Shown in pieces: positions 6,769-16,876 of a DNA stretch of 40,217 nucleotides. This stretch comes from an uncultured Bacilli bacterium. Its GTDB lineage: Bacteria; Bacillota_I; Bacilli_A; RF39; UBA660. The stretch is from contig CALVYM010000001.1 of assembly GCA_944372205.1 (NCBI GenBank), positions 1 to 40,217 of the forward strand, read 5' to 3'. The notes below the pieces were generated by a model. That model was given only the letters and a program-made list of their open reading frames with translations, searched no databases and was not told where the DNA came from. The position numbers and the translations under genes are program-made. Numbering within the stretch: the stretch's first letter is position 1; every line of letters starts with the position of its first letter.

Positions 6769-8527
6769 ACATATATGTTACTACTGTAAATAATACAAGT
6801 AGAATTATAAGCATGCCTACAACAAATAACCAAATGTATTTTAACCATGACTTATAGTCTATTTTCATAAGAGAAAGACCGATTAGTAAAATGGCACTGG
6901 TTGGCATGAATAATCCGACAAGGCCATACATTGATGTATAAATGGCATGAACAATATCTAATTCATTTGAATATATAGCATTAATAAATGCTCCAACTGA
7001 ATATCCAGTGTAACCTAAATCTTGACTAAATACTGAACTTATAAAAGCAGATGCTGATGTTGTAAATGGATTAAATCCTTCAACTAAGTTGAATAGCCAA
7101 TTACTAATTGTAGATGTAAATGGAATACTTACGATAATACCAAACACCATATATGAAGCTACAAATAAAGCAATTGGTTTGAATATTTTTTTAACACCAT
7201 CATAGAAGCTTTGAATAAATTCATCAACTTTCATGCGATATAAGAATGCTAATATTATGGCCATTATAATAAAGGCACTACATAACATAAATACATAATC
7301 AAATTCTCCGAATGCTGCAGCTCTTTGACCAAGAATATAACTCATAATTGTAAAGTCTTCTACTGGGGCAAGAGTTGTTAGCCATTCATGGAATTCATTA
7401 AATATAGTTATGCCAAAATAATCATTCCATGATATGTAACCTAATATGATGATTACCATCATTAAGAATAGAATTATGGCAGTAGGAATAGCATTTTTCT
7501 TCTTAGATGTTTCAACTTTAAATGGATCATCTTCAATTTCACTATTCTTTGTATTTTTCTTTGTTTCACTTAAAACTTTTTTAAGACGCATACAAATGAA
7601 GAAGTTATATAATACTATAGTAACTGCTGCAATTATAAAACGGTAAGTTAAACCGGTGTTAAAGTCAGTAGATAAGTAAACACTAAATGAGTTAACTCCT
7701 TCTGTACCATATGTTGCTCCAAGGAAACCAACAAGTATTGAACCAAAAGTTACAATAAATGCAGATAATTTGTCCAAATTCATTTTAAGTAGAATACTTA
7801 CAAAGAATGGAACAAATGCTAGAACAACAAAGCTTTGAGTAAACAATGATGTTAATACAAATAAGAATGCTGAAACTATTACTGAAAACACAATAGCGTG
7901 TTTCTTTAATTTATTAGCTATAGCACTAACTAATCTTTGATAGCCACTAATTTTAGATAAAACGCCATATACACCACCAAGAACAAATAAGAATATTACT
8001 TTGTCCATTACATAGTATAGGGCATTATACATTGATATACTGATATCAACAATACCTACTCTACTTATACCATAATCATAGAAATCTCCACCATTGAATT
8101 GTCCATATGGTATTATCCATGTGAATATTATGGTTGTTAAAACAAAGAATAGAACTGATTTAGCTAAACGATGATCTTCGGAAGTGATGGTAATCATTAA
8201 ACCACCAACTACAAAGGAAATCAAAGCTATTAGTTTTAAAATTAAGTTAATATTAGTATCAGTTACAAATATTGCTGCAGCTACTAATGAGCATGCTAAA
8301 GCAATTAATATTGAACCAGCTAAACCAACTTTAGTTAGTTTTTCTTTTAAGTTTTTAAAAATAAGCAAATAAATACCTATAATTAAGAAAACTGAACCAA
8401 CAATTTTTAAAACCATATCAGGTGTAGTTGCATCAACGAAGTAAGATACAGCAAATAAAATGATTGCTATAACATCCATTAAAGCTCCAATGCATTTTAA
8501 CATCCCATGTTTTTCAATTATCTTCAT
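6767..8527 (-). CDS. YfcC/DcuC-superfamily membrane carrier, divergent copy with an extra N-terminal multi-TM extension
   Basis: 586-aa polytopic membrane protein. Segments such as VLGGVYGVL...LKKHAIVFSVIVSAFLFVLTS and MPTSAILLIGLSLMKIDYKSWLKYIW parallel E. coli YfcC and the neighbouring paralog 8617-10062. It has its own TATAAT and SD (AAGGAGGT) after a terminator. Confidence 0.65.
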   Translation of the reverse strand: MKIIEKHGMLKCIGALMDVIAIILFAVSYFVDATTPDMVLKIVGSVFLIIGIYLLIFKNLKEKLTKVGLAGSILIALACSLVAAAIFVTDTNINLILKLIALISFVVGGLMITITSEDHRLAKSVLFFVLTTIIFTWIIPYGQFNGGDFYDYGISRVGIVDISISMYNALYYVMDKVIFLFVLGGVYGVLSKISGYQRLVSAIANKLKKHAIVFSVIVSAFLFVLTSLFTQSFVVLAFVPFFVSILLKMNLDKLSAFIVTFGSILVGFLGATYGTEGVNSFSVYLSTDFNTGLTYRFIIAAVTIVLYNFFICMRLKKVLSETKKNTKNSEIEDDPFKVETSKKKNAIPTAIILFLMMVIIILGYISWNDYFGITIFNEFHEWLTTLAPVEDFTIMSYILGQRAAAFGEFDYVFMLCSAFIIMAIILAFLYRMKVDEFIQSFYDGVKKIFKPIALFVASYMVFGIIVSIPFTSTISNWLFNLVEGFNPFTTSASAFISSVFSQDLGYTGYSVGAFINAIYSNELDIVHAIYTSMYGLVGLFMPTSAILLIGLSLMKIDYKSWLKYIWLFVVGMLIILLVLFTVVTYM

Positions 8528-8561
8528 TTTTTACCTCCTTAACAAAATTATAACACTCTAA

Positions 8562-8593
8562 CAAAAGAAAAAAAAGCAAATATTGCTTTTTTT
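8562..8593 (-). terminator. Rho-independent terminator after the arc operon carrier gene
   Basis: AAAAGCAA (8572-8579) pairs with TTGCTTTT (8583-8590). A T-run follows on the minus strand. Confidence 0.55.
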
Positions 8594-8616
8594 CACAGAT
8601 TTTTCCAACTTTTTAT

Positions 8617-10062
8617 CTAAAATACTAAAGTTATTAATTCTAAAACTAGAATATTGGCAACGGCAATAGTTAAAACTACTTTAAATGCCCATTTAAACCA
8701 AGTTGTATATTCAACTTTAGCTAAAGCTAGACCACCCATTATTGCTCCACATGTTGGAGTAATTAAATTAACTAGACCATTAGCTGATACAAATGTCATA
8801 ATTGTTGCTTCAACATTATAGCCTAAAGTACTTGCAAGACCACCCATGATTGGAGTCGATAAGACTGCAAGACCACTAGATGATGGTACAAGTATTGATA
8901 GGACAACATGAAGTAAATAATTTAGTGGAACAAAAGCAAGTTCTGGTAAGTTGGAAAGTAAATCAGCAGAATTATAGATAATATAGTTATCTAAGTATGT
9001 TACTCCCATTAAGACACTTGCTCCACGAGCAACAGCAATTATTAAGATAACTGCAATCATATCATTGGCACCATCAACGAATGTATCAACAATTTCTTTT
9101 TCTTTAAAGCGATTAATTATACCTATAATAATAGCCATTACAAAGAACCAAACTGAAGCTTCAGCAAAGTACCAACCACCTAAAGATGTACCAGTAAGCC
9201 AGCCTGTAAATTTATCAAATATAGTTACATTAAAGTCTCCCCAAGGAATAAAGCCAATAATCATGACTACAAATGTTAAACCAAGTAATATTAAAGTTAT
9301 TCTTTGCTTAATACTTAATTTTACATCTTTTTTCTTATCTTTAGAATCTTCTTCTTTAATAAATTTCTTTTCCATTGCTTTTTGTTCTTGTAAAGATAGG
9401 AATGTTGAACCCTTATCTTCTTGAACTTTTTTAGCATAATTCATGACAAAGATAATTGATATTAAAAGAGTTGTAATCCATAAAATTAGTCCAGTAAATA
9501 TCAATAGTCCTTGATTGGCAGTAACACCTTCTGGTAAACTACTTACAGCAACACCAACCGCAAAAGGGTTAACTGTTGAACCTAAAACACCAGAACCAGC
9601 TCCTAATAAAACTATTGCTGAACCAACAATGGTATCATATCCAGCAGCAACCATTGTAGCAGCAAGTAAAACATAAAAGCCTACTGTTTCTTCTAGCATT
9701 CCATAAGTTGTACCTCCAACAGAAAAGATAAACATTAAAATAGGTATTAATACTATTTCGTTACCTTTTAGCTTTTTTACTAAAACTTTGATACCAGTTT
9801 CTAAAGCTCCTGTTTTATTGATAATTGCCAAAAACCCACCTAAAATTAAAATGAACACACATACATCAACTGCATCACTAAAGCCTAAGATTGGTGATAG
9901 TAAAAAGTCTGATAGTTTGGCTCCGACAGTACCACTACCATCAACAAGTATGCCATCAACAAACTGAGCATCAGGTAAAATGTGTGAAAATATCGCTAAT
10001 ATAATTATCAAAATAAAGATAATTGAAAAAGCAGATAACATAAATTTTTTCCTTTTTGCCAT
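8617..10062 (-). CDS. YfcC-family putative basic amino acid (arginine/ornithine) antiporter
   Basis: 481-aa polytopic protein. FIFSVGGTTYGMLEETVGFYVLL...GYD and SSSGLAVLSTPIMGGLA...LITPTCGAIMGGLALAKVEYTTWFKW align by eye with E. coli YfcC. It is the last gene of the arcABC operon, starting 3 nt after the arcC stop. Confidence 0.75.
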   Translation of the reverse strand: MAKRKKFMLSAFSIIFILIIILAIFSHILPDAQFVDGILVDGSGTVGAKLSDFLLSPILGFSDAVDVCVFILILGGFLAIINKTGALETGIKVLVKKLKGNEIVLIPILMFIFSVGGTTYGMLEETVGFYVLLAATMVAAGYDTIVGSAIVLLGAGSGVLGSTVNPFAVGVAVSSLPEGVTANQGLLIFTGLILWITTLLISIIFVMNYAKKVQEDKGSTFLSLQEQKAMEKKFIKEEDSKDKKKDVKLSIKQRITLILLGLTFVVMIIGFIPWGDFNVTIFDKFTGWLTGTSLGGWYFAEASVWFFVMAIIIGIINRFKEKEIVDTFVDGANDMIAVILIIAVARGASVLMGVTYLDNYIIYNSADLLSNLPELAFVPLNYLLHVVLSILVPSSSGLAVLSTPIMGGLASTLGYNVEATIMTFVSANGLVNLITPTCGAIMGGLALAKVEYTTWFKWAFKVVLTIAVANILVLELITLVF

Positions 10063-10064
10063 TT

Positions 10065-10997
10065 TTATCCTCCTATTATTCTTGTGCCATTATTATTTTC
10101 TAGAGCTTCATTTGCTTTATCTAATGAAGTAATTATTGCATATTTATCTTTATCAACAAAGTTTAAGCAAGCTTCTATTTTAGGTAGCATACTGCCTTTG
10201 GCAAATTCGCCTTTTTCTATATATTTTAACGCTTCACTTTTCTTAATAGTATCTAAACCTATTTTATCTTTACTTAAATAATTTAGATATACTTTATCAA
10301 CAGAGGTTAAAATAAGTAGTATATCAGCATCTATTAACTTAGCAAGTAAAGCACTTGATAAGTCTTTGTCTATTACAGCATCAATTCCTTCTAAAAGCTC
10401 TTTTTTATCTTTTTTGATAACAGGTATTCCACCACCCCCACAAGCAATAACTAAAACATTTTCTTTTAAAAGTGTGGCTATTGCTCTTTTTTCAATAATA
10501 TCTTTAGGTATCGGCGATGGCACTATTCGCCGATATCCAGCATCAGGAATAAAAGTAAATTCATAGCCTTCTTCTTTTTTTAATTTTTGCATTTCTTCTT
10601 CTTTGTAATATGCTCCAATTGGTTTTGTCGGATTTTGGAAGGCAGGATCACTTGAATCCACTAATACTTGTGTTATAACGGTTATACAATCTTTTTTTAC
10701 TTTTTGTCTTTCCATTTCATCTTGCAGTGCTTGTTGCATTTGATAACCGATATAGCCTTGAGACATACTCCCACATTCTGCAAAAGGCATATGAGGAGTC
10801 TTTTTTTTAGCACTAGCATATTCCATTGCTAGAGCTATTTGACCAACTTGTGGTCCATTACCATGGGTAATTACAATATCATGGCCTTCTTTTATTAATT
10901 TAACGATAATTTTAGAAGCTTTTTCTAAATTATCCATTTGTATTTCCGGATTATCTCCGAGAGCATTTCCCCCAAGAGCAACTACTATTTTACTCAT
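10065..10997 (-). CDS. arcC: Carbamate kinase
   Basis: [14 protein letters not shown]...[10 protein letters not shown]...ACGGGGIPV are carbamate kinase signatures. It overlaps the end of arcB by 8 nt. Confidence 0.9.
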   Translation of the reverse strand: MSKIVVALGGNALGDNPEIQMDNLEKASKIIVKLIKEGHDIVITHGNGPQVGQIALAMEYASAKKKTPHMPFAECGSMSQGYIGYQMQQALQDEMERQKVKKDCITVITQVLVDSSDPAFQNPTKPIGAYYKEEEMQKLKKEEGYEFTFIPDAGYRRIVPSPIPKDIIEKRAIATLLKENVLVIACGGGGIPVIKKDKKELLEGIDAVIDKDLSSALLAKLIDADILLILTSVDKVYLNYLSKDKIGLDTIKKSEALKYIEKGEFAKGSMLPKIEACLNFVDKDKYAIITSLDKANEALENNNGTRIIGG

Positions 10998-11988
10998 CTT
11001 TATCCTTTAAAGTAGCATACATTACCGCTTTTATAGTATGCATTCTATTTTCGGCTTCATCAAAGACTTTAGAATATTTAGATCTAAATACTTCATCTGT
11101 TACTTCCATTTCTTTTAATCCAAATTTCTTGTAAATATCTTCACCAATTGTAGTATTTAAATCATGAAATGAAGGTAAGCAATGTAAAAATATTACATCT
11201 TGAGAAGCATTATTTAATACATTCATATTTACTTGATAATTCTTAAGTAAATTTAGCCGTTCTTCCCAAATATTATCTGCTTCTCCCATTGATACCCAAA
11301 CATCTGTATATATACAATTGGCATCTTTAGTAGCCTTAATTATATCTTCTTCAAATTCAATTTGACAATTTGTTGATATAGCAATATCTTTACAAATATC
11401 AACAAGTTCTGTACTGGGCCATAAACTTTTAGGGGCCGCAAGAGTATAATTTACTCCTAGTTTGCTACAAGCAACCATTAAAGAATTAGCAACATTATTT
11501 CTACCATCACCACAAAAGACTAATTTTAGACCTTTAAGATGACCAAAGTTTTCTTTAATAGTTAAAAAATCAGCAAGCATTTGGGTTGGATGAAATTCAT
11601 TAGTTAAACCGTTCCATACTGGAACACCGGCTGATGCAGCTAAATTTTCAACAATGCTTTGAGAAAATCCTCGATATTCTATTCCATCATACATTCTTCC
11701 TAATACTTTTGCAGTATCTTCAATGCTTTCTTTTTTACCCATTTGACTAGATTGGGGATCTAGAAATGTAACATGCATTCCTAAATCATAAGCCGCAACT
11801 TCAAAGGCACATCTAGTTCTAGTTGATGTTTTTTCAAATAAAAGAGCAATGTTTTTTCCTTTTAAATATTCATGAGGAATATTATTTTTCTTCTTATTTT
11901 TAAAGTCAGCACTTAAATCTAATAAATATTCAATTTCTTCTTTAGTATAATCTAATAGTTTTAAAAAACTTCTTTGTGATAAATTCAT
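10990..11988 (-). CDS. arcB: Ornithine carbamoyltransferase (catabolic)
   Basis: [17 protein letters not shown] and HCLP motifs. The track start at 12021 lies inside arcA. I prefer the ATG at 11988 ([15 protein letters not shown]...), which has SD GGGAGGA and a TAATG overlap with the arcA stop. Confidence 0.9.
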   Translation of the reverse strand: MNLSQRSFLKLLDYTKEEIEYLLDLSADFKNKKKNNIPHEYLKGKNIALLFEKTSTRTRCAFEVAAYDLGMHVTFLDPQSSQMGKKESIEDTAKVLGRMYDGIEYRGFSQSIVENLAASAGVPVWNGLTNEFHPTQMLADFLTIKENFGHLKGLKLVFCGDGRNNVANSLMVACSKLGVNYTLAAPKSLWPSTELVDICKDIAISTNCQIEFEEDIIKATKDANCIYTDVWVSMGEADNIWEERLNLLKNYQVNMNVLNNASQDVIFLHCLPSFHDLNTTIGEDIYKKFGLKEMEVTDEVFRSKYSKVFDEAENRMHTIKAVMYATLKDKDE

Positions 11989-13229
11989 TAATCCTCCCGA
12001 TATAGTGGCATACTCATACATCTAGGACCACCACGACCGCGGGAAAGTTCAGCACTAGACATTTCAATTACTTTAATACCATGTGACCTTAATACTTCAT
12101 TAGTAATATTGTTCCGATTATATACAACTACAACACCTGGAGCAATACATAAAGTATTTGTTCCATCGTTCCATTGTTCTCTTTGACTAGCAACATCATC
12201 ACCACCAGCACATGGAATAATTGTAACTTTTACTCCTAGATATTTAGTTAAAATATTTTCTAGAGTATCATTTATTTCTTTAACATTTAAATCTTCATCA
12301 CTATTAGGGTCATTCCCTTCAGTAATTTCAAATACTTGCAATGTTCCCATAATTCCTGGATGATATGTAAATTTATCAACATCTATTTGAGTAAATACTG
12401 TATCTAGATGCATAAATGCTCTTGATTCAGGAATATTAAAAGCTAATATAGTATCTATTTTACAATCTTTATCTTTAAATAAATTTTTAGCTAATTTATC
12501 AATTGCTCCTGCTTCGGTTCTTTGAGAAATACCTATGGCTAGGACATGATCATTTAAATTTAGAACATCCCCACCTTCAATATGCCAATCTAAATTACGA
12601 TCATAATAGCGATCAACTTTAGCTTTAAATTTTGGATGATATTTAAAAATATAATCTGCGTAGATGGTTTCTCTGTTTCTTGTAACAGAATACATCTTAT
12701 TTAAAACTATACCACTACCTACACTAGCAAATGGATCACGCGTAAAATACAGATTAGGCATTGGTTCAACAATAAAATCTGTTTCATCAGTTACTAAATC
12801 AACTAATGATTTTTCCATTACCCTTTTACTTTTGTCAAGTTCATATATTTGAACTCCTTCCATAGTCTTTAAAACAAATTCCTTTGTTTCTTCAATACTC
12901 ATCAAATAATCAAATACTAATTCACGATATTTGGGAGTATTAACACCCGCTTCACTGATGAATTGTCTTAAAAATTTTTCTTTAATTTCGGGATTATAAT
13001 CTAATGTTTCAGTCATTAAATCTTCAAGATAATAAACTTTAACATCATTATCTCTTAAAATTTGAACAAATTCATCATGTTCCGCTTGGGCTACTTTGAG
13101 ATAAGGAATATCATCAAATAACAAGCGATGTAGTGTATCGGGAGTTAAATTAAGTAATTCCTTACCTGGACGGTGAACTAAAACTTCTTTTAATGGTTTT
13201 ATTTCACTCTTAACATTAATTACACTCAT
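11988..13229 (-). CDS. arcA: Arginine deiminase
   Basis: 413 aa. It begins with a typical ADI N-terminus ([22 protein letters not shown]) and ends with the catalytic Cys context ([10 protein letters not shown]). SD AAGGAGGAG. Confidence 0.9.
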   Translation of the reverse strand: MSVINVKSEIKPLKEVLVHRPGKELLNLTPDTLHRLLFDDIPYLKVAQAEHDEFVQILRDNDVKVYYLEDLMTETLDYNPEIKEKFLRQFISEAGVNTPKYRELVFDYLMSIEETKEFVLKTMEGVQIYELDKSKRVMEKSLVDLVTDETDFIVEPMPNLYFTRDPFASVGSGIVLNKMYSVTRNRETIYADYIFKYHPKFKAKVDRYYDRNLDWHIEGGDVLNLNDHVLAIGISQRTEAGAIDKLAKNLFKDKDCKIDTILAFNIPESRAFMHLDTVFTQIDVDKFTYHPGIMGTLQVFEITEGNDPNSDEDLNVKEINDTLENILTKYLGVKVTIIPCAGGDDVASQREQWNDGTNTLCIAPGVVVVYNRNNITNEVLRSHGIKVIEMSSAELSRGRGGPRCMSMPLYRED

Positions 13230-13252
13230 ATTCTCCTCCTTATTATACTTTA

Positions 13253-13261
13253 ATTATAACA
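13253..13261 (-). promoter_or_regulatory. Extended -10 element (TGtTATAAT) upstream of arcA
   Basis: Minus strand reads TG-T-TATAAT at 13261-13253. The -35 is weak. It lies about 25 nt upstream of the arcA ATG. Confidence 0.3.
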
Positions 13262-13702
13262 CAAGGACAAAATAAAAACTATCTAAAAAATAAAATTAGA
13301 CAGTTTTATTGTTAAATTAAACGCAAAGTTATTAATAGTAGACATATCGGAAATGTATTTAATTTTACTCAAATTACAATATGTTAATATATAATCCGAC
13401 ATAATATCAATCACCTAATTAATAATATGTTTATTGTTTATTGTTTTATACTTTTTTCATTTTTTATTATTTTTTTTGAATTTTTCTTTGAATCTTTTAT
13501 TGAAAAAAAACAAGGTACAGTTTGAGCTTTTATTTGCTTGCTTTCTATTTTTATAAATTGTATAGTATTAGTTATAGGTGTTTTTATTGTTGTTATATTA
13601 TTCAACATTTAAACTCTATTCCTCCTTTATTTTCCAATTTCCTTGATTAACAAACATTTGAATAATTGCTTGGGGATTATAAACAAAAACTAGATTAAAA
13701 CA

Positions 13703-14422
13703 TTAAATTAAACTGTCTAAAAATTCTTTTAATTTAGAACTTTTAGGATTTTTAAATATTTCTTGAGGTGTTCCTTCTTCAATAATTTCTCCATCATCCA
13801 TAAAAATTATTCGACTAGCAAAGTTTTTAGCAAAAGCCATTTCATGGGTTACAACAATCATTGTTAGACCACTTTTACCTAACTCTTCCATTAATTCTAA
13901 AACTTCTTTTTTCATTTGTGGGTCTAGTGCTGAAGTAGGTTCATCAAAAAGCATTAATTTGGGTTCTAAAATTAAGGCTCTAGCAATTGCTACTCTTTGC
14001 ATTTGACCACCAGATAATTCTTTGGGATAGTTAGCCTCTTTATCTTCTAAGTGAATTTTTAAAAGTAATTCTCTAGCTTTTTTAATTGCTTCTTCTTTAG
14101 TTAATAAGTTTAATTTTACTGGAGCTAAAATAATATTTTCTAAAACTGTTAAATGTGGAAATAAATTAAATTGTTGAAAAACCATACCCATTTTAATTCT
14201 GATTTTATATAATTCTTCGTTATCATCTAGAGGAATTCCTTCAAATAAGACTTTTCCTTTTGTAGGTTTTTCAATATGATTGATACAGCGAAGAAGTGTT
14301 GATTTACCACAACCACTGGGGCCAATAATAACTAATCTTTCTTTTTCATTTACTTCTAAATTTATTTTTTTTAATACTTTTGTTTTACCAAAACTTTTTT
14401 CTAAATTTTTAACTACTAACAT
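13703..14422 (-). CDS. Polar amino acid ABC transporter, ATP-binding protein (GlnQ/HisP-like)
   Basis: Walker A GPSGCGKST, signature LSGGQMQRVAIARAL, Walker B LMLFDEPTSALD. Confidence 0.9.
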   Translation of the reverse strand: MLVVKNLEKSFGKTKVLKKINLEVNEKERLVIIGPSGCGKSTLLRCINHIEKPTKGKVLFEGIPLDDNEELYKIRIKMGMVFQQFNLFPHLTVLENIILAPVKLNLLTKEEAIKKARELLLKIHLEDKEANYPKELSGGQMQRVAIARALILEPKLMLFDEPTSALDPQMKKEVLELMEELGKSGLTMIVVTHEMAFAKNFASRIIFMDDGEIIEEGTPQEIFKNPKSSKLKEFLDSLI

Positions 14423-15095
14423 TATTTAACTTCCTTTCCATTAAACTTACTAATTTGCTTAAAATTAAAGTTAGTATGAAATAAATTACGGCAACAATTA
14501 TAAGTGGGAAGAAATAATCATAAGTTCTTGATGCTATAATATCACTTGCTTTAGTTAATTCAACAATTCCAATATAAGCTCCAACTGAGGTTTCTTTTAC
14601 TAAAGTAATAAATTCATTACCTAACGCCGGCAGGATGTTTTTTATAGCTTGGGGCAAAATGATATAACGCATTATTTGATAATATTTAAAGCCAATTGAT
14701 GCTCCCGCTTCTATTTGACCTTTATCAATCGAGTTTATTCCTGCTCGAATTACTTCAGCAACATAAGCACCAGAATTAATACCAAAAGCTAAAATACCTA
14801 CTAAAACAATGTTTATATCAACACTAGCAAATATTACATAATAAATAATCATTAACTGTAAAATTGAGGGAGTTCCTCTAATTATATTGACATAGCTTTT
14901 AGCTAAGAAATTTAAAAACTTAAATTTTTTACTATAATCACAATAATTTCTAATTAAAGCAATAAATATTCCAATAATACATCCTAAAATTACCGCAAAA
15001 AAGGCAATTATTAATGTATTTTTAAGACCTTCTAAAAAGAAGAGATAACGATTATCAACAATAAGAGTATCATATAAATTTTCAAACAACTTCAT
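14409..15095 (-). CDS. Polar amino acid ABC transporter permease (HisM/GlnP-like)
   Basis: 228-aa multi-TM protein with an EAA-type loop (IEAGASIGFKYYQIMRYIILPQA). It overlaps the ATPase gene. Confidence 0.85.
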   Translation of the reverse strand: MKLFENLYDTLIVDNRYLFFLEGLKNTLIIAFFAVILGCIIGIFIALIRNYCDYSKKFKFLNFLAKSYVNIIRGTPSILQLMIIYYVIFASVDINIVLVGILAFGINSGAYVAEVIRAGINSIDKGQIEAGASIGFKYYQIMRYIILPQAIKNILPALGNEFITLVKETSVGAYIGIVELTKASDIIASRTYDYFFPLIIVAVIYFILTLILSKLVSLMERKLNNVSS

Positions 15096-15103
15096 AAAAC
15101 TCC

Positions 15104-15814
15104 TTAAGAATGATTAATTATATATTCTTCTATTTTTCCTTCATCAAGTAATTGTTGTAATACTTCATTTATGGCATCGAGTAATTCTTTATTACCTTTT
15201 TTAACAATCATTCCATAAGAATCTGTAAATAACTCATTATCTAATATTTTAAGATTGGTATTTTCTTTTAAAATAGCTTTAGCTGGTAGTTCATCCATAA
15301 CAACACAATCAGCTTTACCGGTTTTTAAATCTTCAATCGCCGCAAGGTATTTTTTTTGGCGAATAATTTTAGCATTTTCATAATTTTGTGTTACATAAGA
15401 ATCACCAACACTACCTAATTGAACAGCAATTGTTAAATTTTCTAAATCTTCTTTCTTAGAAATATTTGAATTTTCTCTTACCACAATTATTTGCTTACTA
15501 GTTGCATAGTTTATTGTAAAATCAACCTCTTCTGCTCTTTCTTCATTATAACTAATACCTGCAGCTCCAAAATCAGCTTTACCAGTTTTTACTTCATTTA
15601 CTATTGAATCAAAAGCCACATCTTTAATTTCTAATTCTTTGCCCAATTTTTTAGCAATCTGTTTAGCAATGTCAACATCTACTCCCACAATTTCACCATT
15701 TTCATAATATTCATAAGGAGCAAAACCCGCTTCAGTTACCATGACTAATGTATCTTTATTACCACAGCCACTTATAAATAATAAACTGATTAATAAAACA
15801 ACAATTTTTTTCAT
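15104..15814 (-). CDS. Polar amino acid ABC transporter substrate-binding lipoprotein (SBP family 3)
   Basis: Lipobox LLFISGC after the signal peptide. PYEY, GVDVDIAK and KADF..AGIS patterns are typical of family 3 binding proteins. SD AGGTG. TGaTATACT extended -10 at 15838-15846. Confidence 0.85.
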   Translation of the reverse strand: MKKIVVLLISLLFISGCGNKDTLVMVTEAGFAPYEYYENGEIVGVDVDIAKQIAKKLGKELEIKDVAFDSIVNEVKTGKADFGAAGISYNEERAEEVDFTINYATSKQIIVVRENSNISKKEDLENLTIAVQLGSVGDSYVTQNYENAKIIRQKKYLAAIEDLKTGKADCVVMDELPAKAILKENTNLKILDNELFTDSYGMIVKKGNKELLDAINEVLQQLLDEGKIEEYIINHS

Positions 15815-15867
15815 TTACTACACCTACTTTCATTTAAAGTATATCAAAAAATGATAAAAATTTCTAC

Positions 15868-15900
15868 TAAATAAAAGAAACTTTACATGAATGTAAAATT
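15868..15900 (-). terminator. Terminator-like hairpin after paralog family member 5
   Basis: TTTACA (15882-15887) pairs with TGTAAA (15892-15897). A T-rich tract follows on the minus strand. Confidence 0.4.
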
Positions 15901-15901
15901 T

Positions 15902-16876
15902 CTAATTACTTAAAATGCTTAAACGACTTAAATTTATAGCATTTTCATTATCGATTATATCTTTAATAGCTGTATTAATACATTCTAGTGATCCATCTTC
16001 ACTAATATAGGTGTAACTTAAAGCTATTAATTCTTCTTCTAAATCTTTGCTTCCTAAAAGTAAAATTGATTTCATTATATTTTTGGCAAATTCTATTTCA
16101 AATAATTTATCAACTGATAATGTATCTTCATTATCAAAACTAATTAATTTTTCTAAATATTTTAAATAATATTTTTTTAAAAAAGCAGCACTGGCTTCTT
16201 TACTAGTATCACTTGATATACCATAAAAATAATTAATAATATCTGATGATACAATATAATCATTAACAAAAGAAAAATTACTTTGAAGCATTTTATCTTC
16301 AATAAAAGGAATTACATAACATAAATCATAAAAGTTATGAATTAGTACATTTTTTAATAAAGGATTACTTGATTGATAGTTTATTTGACCAAGAATATTT
16401 AATAAATCTTGCATTAAATAATTTTGTAGTGATGTAACAAAACTTGAATCTTTAATAATTTTTATTTTCATTTCATCATCAAAAGTATATTTACGCATTA
16501 AAGGATTTAAAAATAATTCATCAAAATTATTAATTATATAAAATATAAAGGTATTAATTAATCTAATTATTACAGAATTTTTAATGGTAATTTTATCTGG
16601 TAGTATTAAACTTAGAGAATCGTCTTTTGTATCAAGATATTTTTCTTTTAAATATTTTATTATTGTAGTTATATCAGAATAATTTTTGGGTATTTTTTTT
16701 AATTCTTCATTAACAAAGTATTTTAATGATTTTATTTCTTTAACGGCTTCTAAATATTCTTTACTATCTTTTAAATTATTAATGTCTATTTCAAATAATA
16801 TGGCATATTTTTCTTTTATAGATAATAATAATGAAGTAATATTATCTAATATTTTTATAACTTCTAGATTTAACAT
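15902..16876 (-). CDS. Uncharacterised helical paralog family, dispersed member 5 (324 aa)
   Basis: Family N-terminal motif (...DINNLKDSKEYLEAVKEIKSLK), IIRLINTF, MLQSNFSF...SSDIINYFYGIS and LKKYYLKYLEKL all align with the tandem members. Its ATG overlaps the lysS stop (TAATG at 16874-16878). Confidence 0.7.
   Translation of the reverse strand: MLNLEVIKILDNITSLLLSIKEKYAILFEIDINNLKDSKEYLEAVKEIKSLKYFVNEELKKIPKNYSDITTIIKYLKEKYLDTKDDSLSLILPDKITIKNSVIIRLINTFIFYIINNFDELFLNPLMRKYTFDDEMKIKIIKDSSFVTSLQNYLMQDLLNILGQINYQSSNPLLKNVLIHNFYDLCYVIPFIEDKMLQSNFSFVNDYIVSSDIINYFYGISSDTSKEASAAFLKKYYLKYLEKLISFDNEDTLSVDKLFEIEFAKNIMKSILLLGSKDLEEELIALSYTYISEDGSLECINTAIKDIIDNENAINLSRLSILSN

Noticed and set aside
13427-13525. 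A plus-strand 32-codon hydrophobic peptide (MFIVYCFILFSFFIIFFEFFFESFIEKKQGTV) resembling a type I toxin.
   Set aside because: It has no SD or promoter. The sequence is a T-rich tract, so Phe-rich translation is expected by composition. It is antisense to another weak mini-ORF.
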